Part shown: piece after piece, positions 7,417 through 12,932 of the stretch
Layout of the letters: the number at the start of each line of letters is the position of its first letter
Numbering within the stretch: position 1 is the stretch's first letter
Virus record (IMG/VR): IMGVR_UViG_2529292920_000011
Coordinates: 1 to 12,932 of that record
Reading direction: 5' to 3' (one strand)
Length of the DNA: 12,932 nt
DNA from: a virus
Lineage: Duplodnaviria > Heunggongvirae > Uroviricota > Caudoviricetes
Notes under the pieces: generated by a model
The model's input: the letters and a program-made list of their open reading frames with translations, nothing else
Database searches by the model: none
Told to the model about the DNA's origin: nothing
Program-made: the position numbers and the translations under genes

Positions 7417-7688
7417 TTAATCATCACTTCATCCAGTCGTGGCGAGGTCACGCGAGGCAACAGCGTAAACATGGTATCCGCTTTCAGATTCAGCACATCA
7501 GACAGCGACAGACCACGCAGGGATCCAGCCTGCTCAATAGCCCCGGTGATCTCCACATACGTGATTTTTTCGCCACCACGCTCAATTTGTCGGGTCAGTT
7601 TTACGCCACGTTCGACAGCCATATCCTCACCTGCCGTCACATCATCCGCCACGGTGTTATTCCGGGTTTCAGTATCGATGTCTTTCAT
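7314..7688 (-). CDS. Tail assembly chaperone gpE-like
   Basis: 124-aa ORF between the tube and tape measure genes. AGGAGA Shine-Dalgarno 6 nt upstream of the ATG at 7688. A -1 frame (E') overlaps its 3' end. Confidence 0.75.
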   Translation of the reverse strand: MKDIDTETRNNTVADDVTAGEDMAVERGVKLTRQIERGGEKITYVEITGAIEQAGSLRGLSLSDVLNLKADTMFTLLPRVTSPRLDEVMIKKMSSRDFIQLCAVAVNFMSEPDSGAKSVQETAA

Positions 7689-7743
7689 CAGTTGTCTCCT
7701 TTTCAGTCAGAGGCGACGCACTGCGCCGCCTGCATATTACTTA

Positions 7744-8256
7744 TCAGCCAAGCCCAAGCGCGGAACGGATACGGTCAGGCACAATGTCCTTGCCGTCCTT
7801 CCGGTAGATGTGGTTCAACAGGTCGATTTCCCACAGCGGGCGATCGTTAACGCTCAGCTTGTAGTAGGTGTTTTTGACAGCGTAAGTGTGTGATGTGGCT
7901 TCGCCCTGTTTGGCTTCCCCCATATCAATTTCCGTCACACGCCCGCGCATCTCGATTTCATACAGATCGCTTTCTGCATCGGTGTAGTATTCACCCGCAA
8001 AACGCAGCAGCGTGCCGTCAATCGTGCCGCCATATTTAAGGAACAGCGCACGAACAGCTCCCCCCATGACAAAACTCGCATCAAGCGCGGAGTCGTCCAG
8101 ACCGAGATCAATACTTACCGCCCCCATCATGCCACCCCCCCGGTAGCTGTCGGTTTTGCGCGTCAGTTTGGGCGGCGTGACGGATGTCACTTTACCCACT
8201 TCGTTTTCACCATCCACAAACAACGTAAAAAAGCGAAGATGTTTTGGTACAGCCAT
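7744..8256 (-). CDS. Tail tube protein (P2 FII-like)
   Basis: 170-aa ORF immediately downstream of the sheath gene, with a 1-nt stop/start overlap (TGATG). Size and position are typical of the FII tube family. Confidence 0.88.
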   Translation of the reverse strand: MAVPKHLRFFTLFVDGENEVGKVTSVTPPKLTRKTDSYRGGGMMGAVSIDLGLDDSALDASFVMGGAVRALFLKYGGTIDGTLLRFAGEYYTDAESDLYEIEMRGRVTEIDMGEAKQGEATSHTYAVKNTYYKLSVNDRPLWEIDLLNHIYRKDGKDIVPDRIRSALGLG

Positions 8257-9440
8257 CAGGCACCTCCCAGCACCGCAAATGCGGGACCAAAGAATTCATC
8301 AGTAAACGTCTGGTAAAGCTCCATGTCTTCCAGTGGCGGAACGGGCGTATATTTGTAGCGAATACGCACACGTCCCTGACGTAAATTCGTGGTGCCGTTA
8401 TCCACCACGTCATACCAGCACTCCGCGCCAATCAGTTTCCCGGCAGTAACCAGCGAATCCAGTTTTGCCCTGATGGCACTGATAACATCCTTCACGTTCG
8501 CAGGCGTCAGTGGACTGTCGATGGTTTCAAATTGCGCTTCCGCAATTGAATCAGCCAGCACCTGTGCGGCTCGGGTATACACCTCAAAGATGTAGGCGTT
8601 CGTTTCCGGTGTGCGGTTGCCCCAGAAGCGGAATCCGTTGCGACGAATAATGGTCGTGATTTCTTTGTTATTGAGGCTGTTGGCATCACTGTCTTCGGCC
8701 TGCAACGACCAGAACACATGCCTGGACATTCCCAGCACATTTTTAACCGGAACGTTGGACAGCGATTTGTGCCAGCCCTGCTCATGGTCAATGTACGCAC
8801 GAAGGCCGCACGCATAAGCAGGCGCGGGGAACGTTTCGTTTTTTCCACTTTTCGGGTTGTAGGCGATGAAGTCCGGCCATAAGAGCATCACCTCACGTTC
8901 GTTGAATTTCTGGCGGTAGGTAATCGCCTCAGCCATCGTGTTACAACCATGACATGTGGCATACACAAACGCGCGCAGTTTACCCGCAATCACGCACAGG
9001 GATTTCGTTACCGCCTCCGTGTCCAGCTCCGGCGCGGCCAGAATACGCGGACGGTATCCGATGCTTTCATCCTGCTCTGCAACAAGCAGCGCATACATCC
9101 CCGTATAGCTGCCGTCATCCTCAGAACCACCGATAACCAGTTGATCCTGCGTCTTACCGTCTTCTTCTTTGTGTTCAGCCACGCGAACGACGATCACCTT
9201 TGTGCTCACCTGGTCTGCGATGGCCTTAAGCGCACGATAAAGCGTCCCCGTTGTCCCGCATTTTCCCAGCACGTCATTGACGCGGGTCAGCAGTGTGGGC
9301 TTGTTCAGCGGGAACAGCTTCGCGTCCGCATCATCCGCCGTTGCCACGATACCGATAACGCTGGAATCAACATCGTTAATCGCTGTTACCAGGTCGGTAT
9401 TTTCCGTAACACGGGCACCATGAAAACGAGTTTCACTCAT
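8256..9440 (-). CDS. Contractile tail sheath protein (P2 FI-like)
   Basis: 394-aa ORF (MSETRFHGARVTENTDLVTAINDVDSSVIG...) of the size and position expected for a P2-type sheath, first gene of the sheath-tube-E-T-U block. Confidence 0.9.
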   Translation of the reverse strand: MSETRFHGARVTENTDLVTAINDVDSSVIGIVATADDADAKLFPLNKPTLLTRVNDVLGKCGTTGTLYRALKAIADQVSTKVIVVRVAEHKEEDGKTQDQLVIGGSEDDGSYTGMYALLVAEQDESIGYRPRILAAPELDTEAVTKSLCVIAGKLRAFVYATCHGCNTMAEAITYRQKFNEREVMLLWPDFIAYNPKSGKNETFPAPAYACGLRAYIDHEQGWHKSLSNVPVKNVLGMSRHVFWSLQAEDSDANSLNNKEITTIIRRNGFRFWGNRTPETNAYIFEVYTRAAQVLADSIAEAQFETIDSPLTPANVKDVISAIRAKLDSLVTAGKLIGAECWYDVVDNGTTNLRQGRVRIRYKYTPVPPLEDMELYQTFTDEFFGPAFAVLGGA

Positions 9441-9597
9441 AGCTTCAGCCCCTTGTATCCGTTAAATGATTCGGCAACAATCATCACCCACCACGCGCGT
9501 AATCTCACCCCTGCGCCGTTCTCCCGCCACGGCGACAACAAAAAGCAGTCCCCCCCTCCGCACGCACATGCGACCATGCCGCACAGGGAGGGAACAG

Positions 9598-10338
9598 ATG
9601 ACCGACACCACCATGCAATTGCTCAGTCAGGGCACAGACCCCGTAAAAATGCCGGATTTTGATATTCTCGCGGAGGGGAAAAGGCTGTCCGGCGTGGCAG
9701 AGCGCCTGATGAGTCTGTCACTGACCGACAACCGGGGATTTGAAGCAGACCAGCTCACCATCACGCTGGATGATGCGGATGGTCAGTTGCAGCTACCGCC
9801 ACGGGGCGCGCGTCTGACGGTTCTCATTGGCTGGAAAGGCGAACCGCTGACAGAAAAAGGTTCTTACATTGTTGATGAAATCGCACACGAAGGACCGCCG
9901 GACAGGCTGACGGTTTCAGCCAGAAGCGCAGATTTTCGGGATGAATTTAACGTTAAACGTGAGGTGTCCTGGCATGATGTGACCGTTGAGCGTGTGGTAT
10001 CCGCCATCGCTCATCGGTACGGCCTGAAACCGCAAATCAGCGAAATGCTGATGGATATCGAAATCGACCACGCCGACCAGACCGAAGAAAGCGACATGTC
10101 CTTCCTTACGCGCATGGCGGAAATGCTGGGCGCAATCACCACGGTAAAAAGCGGTAATCTGTTATTCATCATGCCAGGCGGTGGCGTGAACGCACAGGGC
10201 CAGCCGTTGCCATCGTTCGCCATCACACGCAGCAGCGGCGATCGCCATCAGTTCCGCATTGCTGACCGCGAGGCGTATACGGGGGTACGCGCCTACTGGC
10301 TTGATCTTAATTACGGGAAAAAGAAAAAGTCAGCGTGA
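9598..10338 (+). CDS. gpD-like tail protein (P2 late control gene D family), N-terminal 246 codons, ended prematurely by a frame change
   Basis: ATG at 9598 preceded by GGGAGGG (the track start 9466 is an upstream extension). Sequence ...LTVLIGWKGEPL...LTVSARSADFRDEF...SFLTRMAEMLGA...YTGVRAYWLDLNYGKKKKSA* stops inside an A-rich tract. Confidence 0.75.
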   Translation: MTDTTMQLLSQGTDPVKMPDFDILAEGKRLSGVAERLMSLSLTDNRGFEADQLTITLDDADGQLQLPPRGARLTVLIGWKGEPLTEKGSYIVDEIAHEGPPDRLTVSARSADFRDEFNVKREVSWHDVTVERVVSAIAHRYGLKPQISEMLMDIEIDHADQTEESDMSFLTRMAEMLGAITTVKSGNLLFIMPGGGVNAQGQPLPSFAITRSSGDRHQFRIADREAYTGVRAYWLDLNYGKKKKSA

Positions 10339-10706
10339 AACGCCGCAAACCGCCCAAGCTCAAAAAGGAGAAAAGCAGCAGCCGTGAAGGTGATTATATG
10401 GAAGGCGCGGAAGGCAATGTTTTTGTGTTACGCAAGACTTATCAGAACGAGCAGGCAGCAAGACGCGCAGCGGCGGCAAAGTGGCAGCAGCTACAACGCG
10501 GAGCCGCATCATTCTCCATCACGCTGGCGCGTGGACGTGCAGAACTCTACCCCGAAATGCATGGCACGGTAACAGGATTTAAAAGCGAGATTGATAATCA
10601 GGACTGGATTATTGCAAAAGCCGAGCACACCATTGATAACAGCGGCTTTACCACACAGCTTGAGCTTGAAGCAAAAATCCCGGAATGGATAGCAGAAACA
10701 GAATAA
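10335..10706 (+). CDS. gpD-like tail protein, C-terminal part in the -1 frame (frame open from 10311)
   Basis: ...AAAKWQQLQRGAASFSITLARGRAELYPEMHGTVTGFKSEID...GFTTQLELEAKIPEWIAETE is the continuation of a single gpD. Together the two parts give about 370 aa, the normal gpD size. Confidence 0.7.
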   Translation: MKRRKPPKLKKEKSSSREGDYMEGAEGNVFVLRKTYQNEQAARRAAAAKWQQLQRGAASFSITLARGRAELYPEMHGTVTGFKSEIDNQDWIIAKAEHTIDNSGFTTQLELEAKIPEWIAETE

Positions 10707-10834
10707 ATCTCTTAAAAATATTATTTTTGAGATGTGCTTCTACACTGACAGTAAGAACAAAAGATAATGTATCAGCCCACTAGATGTCAGAGGTTGGGGC
10801 ATCAACCAGATGCTAACAATAATACGGATGTTTT

Positions 10835-10864
10835 TCCCACATGACAGAGGAAGTCAAGTATAAT
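10835..10864 (+). promoter_or_regulatory. Candidate sigma70 promoter for the AT-rich island genes
   Basis: -35 ATGACA (10835-10840), 18-bp spacer, -10 TATAAT (10859-10864), about 90 bp upstream of the ATG at 10955. Found by eye only. Confidence 0.3.
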
Positions 10865-10954
10865 CTTCACAGTCCCTCCCGTCCAAGGGAATATGACTCA
10901 ATAGTAAAAGTTCCAGTTTAGTTAGTAGACCCACACTTTATAGAAGAGTAAATC

Positions 10955-11902
10955 ATGATTGGACAATTTTTAAGTGCAACAGAGATTTTAGCAAAGAACT
11001 ATGTTCGTAATAAAATGGTTAAAAATCCATTTTATTCGAATTTAAAATGGAATTTTGTTGAAAAAAACATCATAAGATTAACATCCTCACCGGTTAAATC
11101 AGTACTTTGCATATCAGCTTTTTCATTTGTACTACTTTATGTTGGATATTTAAACGAATTATTTATAAAAAAGAATCTTTTACATTATTTCCCGTTTAGG
11201 CATTCATTAACCGAATGGCAAACAACCATTTTAAGTGGCCAATTGACAATTATTGGTATTGTATACCCCCTTGTTATAGGTTTAGTAAGTGTCTTATTCC
11301 AAAAAAAAGCAGATAGAAAAATAGCCCAAACTGCTTATCAGCGTTACTCAGGATTCATGCTTGCTGGACTCAGCGGGCTTTTCTTATCAGGATTTATACT
11401 TCTCAGTGTACTAATTAAAACTGTCTTTGGAAGTTATCTTTATGGTATAGCCTGTCTAATCAGCATATTATGGCTTTTGATAAACATAGTTCTTTCTATT
11501 TGGTTCTTTATCGTGAGCCTTGAAATTCTTGATGATGTAAAACGGCAAATAATTATAAAGCGATACATTGCCTTCGAAATAGTAATGCCCCATATTTGTA
11601 ACAAAATCTCAGCCAATCTTAGGTTATACCCTATCTATCAAAAACATAACTATTCAAATTTAGAAATCAAGCAAGCCGATTACAAAGGAGAATACATATC
11701 TGTGGCTAGCAGTTATTCTAAGGAAGATGAGTTAAGTTTATATCACCGTCCTTTTCAACTTATTCTTAATCTTATTAATTACCAACTAAAAAAAAGAATC
11801 ATTTTGCGTCATTTGTCATTGGTGATAATCGTGCAAAAGAAACAGAATCCACGGGTAAGATACTTTTTAGCGTTAAAAATATCAAACCAGACAGCTTATT
11901 AA
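10955..11902 (+). CDS. Multi-pass membrane protein of unknown function (4-5 predicted TM helices), first part of a probable larger gene
   Basis: 315-codon open frame in about 30% GC DNA, where stops are frequent. Hydrophobic segments: VLCISAFSFVLLYVGYL, LTIIGIVYPLVIGLVSVLF, GFMLAGLSGLFLSGFILLSVLI, YLYGIACLISILWLLINIVLSIWFFIVSL. No family recognised. Confidence 0.65.
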   Translation: MIGQFLSATEILAKNYVRNKMVKNPFYSNLKWNFVEKNIIRLTSSPVKSVLCISAFSFVLLYVGYLNELFIKKNLLHYFPFRHSLTEWQTTILSGQLTIIGIVYPLVIGLVSVLFQKKADRKIAQTAYQRYSGFMLAGLSGLFLSGFILLSVLIKTVFGSYLYGIACLISILWLLINIVLSIWFFIVSLEILDDVKRQIIIKRYIAFEIVMPHICNKISANLRLYPIYQKHNYSNLEIKQADYKGEYISVASSYSKEDELSLYHRPFQLILNLINYQLKKRIILRHLSLVIIVQKKQNPRVRYFLALKISNQTAY

Positions 11903-12932
11903 TAAAAATACTTAAGCAATGTTTTTATAGGGCTCCGATTAAAGGAGGAGATTTTTCCGTAAGTCTTACAATGCAGGCTATAACAGCAGATACGTATATG
12001 TATCTGCGGGATTCTGATCTCTTTAGTTTTGACGATGCTATCTCTGCATTAATTAATAACTTTAATAATCTCTGCGATTTGTATTTTTTTCAAGATGACA
12101 ATACCAACAATAATTTCTTACTGATCACTACAGAATTATTTGAACGGAGTTTTCAATATGAGTTTTCAGATGAAGTTTATAAAATATCAAATAATTCCAT
12201 GGATAAAATTAATCTTTCTGAAAGATTTTTTGAATTATGTCTTTGGAGCGGAGTGCGTATTCTTAATAATAGAAAACATCTTATCAGCAATGAACTTTGT
12301 ATCTATATGGGAATTACTCGTTCACAATGGTCAATATTAACAGAATGGTTCCGAAACAACCAATCACTCTTAAATGCCTCGCTTCGTTCACGTTATAATC
12401 GTATATTAAGAACCTATGCCACTGTTTGGGAGCAATATCAAGAAAGCATCAACTTTCGTTTCTGCAATACAGAGAATTCAGATTTATTTGAATTATTTTG
12501 CAAAACGCAACTACAAGAACTTCCATCGATCATTATTGATGCAACACAGACTCGCGATCCTTCTACTATTGATACAGCCGTCGATCTTATTAACCGATGG
12601 CAGCACTCAATGAATATTGACAGCCATTCGGTAGAAAAATACAGTTACCAAGGCCAGCTTTTTAACCCGGGTTTTTTCATCTCCAAAAAACTAAACTTCA
12701 ATTCAGACAGAGAGTGGTTCAATATTGCCATCATAAATGCGTTGACTGACATGCGTATATGCACATGTCTTTATCTGACATCAAGAATCAATACTTCTGA
12801 CAAACTAATGACACATTACATTAAACTTATTTTAGAGGGTAAACTTATTGACCAAACCGGTGGATATGAAACTCCCACTGAAGAAATTGATAATGCAAGC
12901 CAACTAATCAAGATATTAGTTAGAATCTGCCT
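11779..12932 (+). CDS. Long ORF of unknown function, 3'-partial (runs off the window); probable continuation of the membrane-protein gene in the -1 frame
   Basis: I translated this frame by hand; it has no stop from 11779 to the window end (about 384 codons) in AT-rich DNA. First ATG is at 11971; AGGAGG at 11944-11949 is too far from it to be a convincing RBS. It is not in the ORF track, presumably because it has no stop in the window. Confidence 0.6.

Noticed and set aside
3867-9466. 9-bp inverted repeat TTTAACGGA (3867-3875) / TCCGTTAAA (9458-9466) near the two ends of the inverted tail block
   Set aside because: Too short to distinguish from chance in 13 kb, and the left copy lies inside the gpU coding sequence. 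Noted only as something to test if the inversion is pursued.
9466-9597. Upstream extension of gpD (track start 9466)
   Set aside because: ATG 9598 has a strong GGGAGGG Shine-Dalgarno. The extension is Pro/Arg/Ser-rich and lies in the divergent promoter region shared with the sheath gene.
9441-9597. Search for a P2 Ogr-type late-promoter dyad (TGT-N12-ACA) in the sheath/gpD divergent spacer
   Set aside because: Only TGT...ACA pairs with wrong spacing (for example N20) were found by eye, so no late promoter can be called from sequence alone.
7471-9662. Plus-strand ORFs opposite the E, tube and sheath genes (7471-7893, 7587-7850, 8389-8595, 8611-8817, 8949-9662) and minus-strand ORFs 8207-8431 and 8507-8848
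   Set aside because: Shadow frames of well-supported tail genes; none has an independent start context.
12140-12613. Track ORFs 12140-12340 and 12416-12613
   Set aside because: They lie in a different frame inside the long stop-free frame 11779-12932 and are far shorter than it.
1-12932. CRISPR array, tRNA or rRNA genes, IS element or transposase
   Set aside because: No array of short direct repeats with unique spacers, no cloverleaf-like or rRNA-like conserved sequence, and no transposase-like ORF or terminal inverted repeats. The only recombinase is the serine invertase.

Overview
The window holds part of a P2-like contractile-tail module (prophage or tailocin) flanked on the left by an invertase-controlled tail-fibre switch and on the right by an AT-rich island of unknown function. 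Left (1-3828): five alternative tail-fibre C-terminal cassettes, five gix-like crossover sites, one degraded tfa chaperone gene and a Gin/Pin/Hin/Cin-family serine invertase. Middle (3855-9440, minus strand): tail sheath (FI), tail tube (FII), gpE with an E' frameshift extension, tape measure (T) and gpU. Right (9598-10706, plus strand): a gpD-like gene split by a frame change; the tail block is therefore inverted relative to gpD and to the fibre/invertase module. From 10707 the sequence turns AT-rich (about 30% GC against 55-60%, by eye) and encodes a multi-pass membrane protein followed by a long open frame that runs off the window and is absent from the ORF track; the two frames meet at an A8 tract. 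This is the best candidate for an undescribed accessory or defence gene, but I cannot assign it a function. Three genes show frame disruptions, two at homopolymer runs, so assembly error must be excluded. No rRNA, tRNA or CRISPR array was seen.
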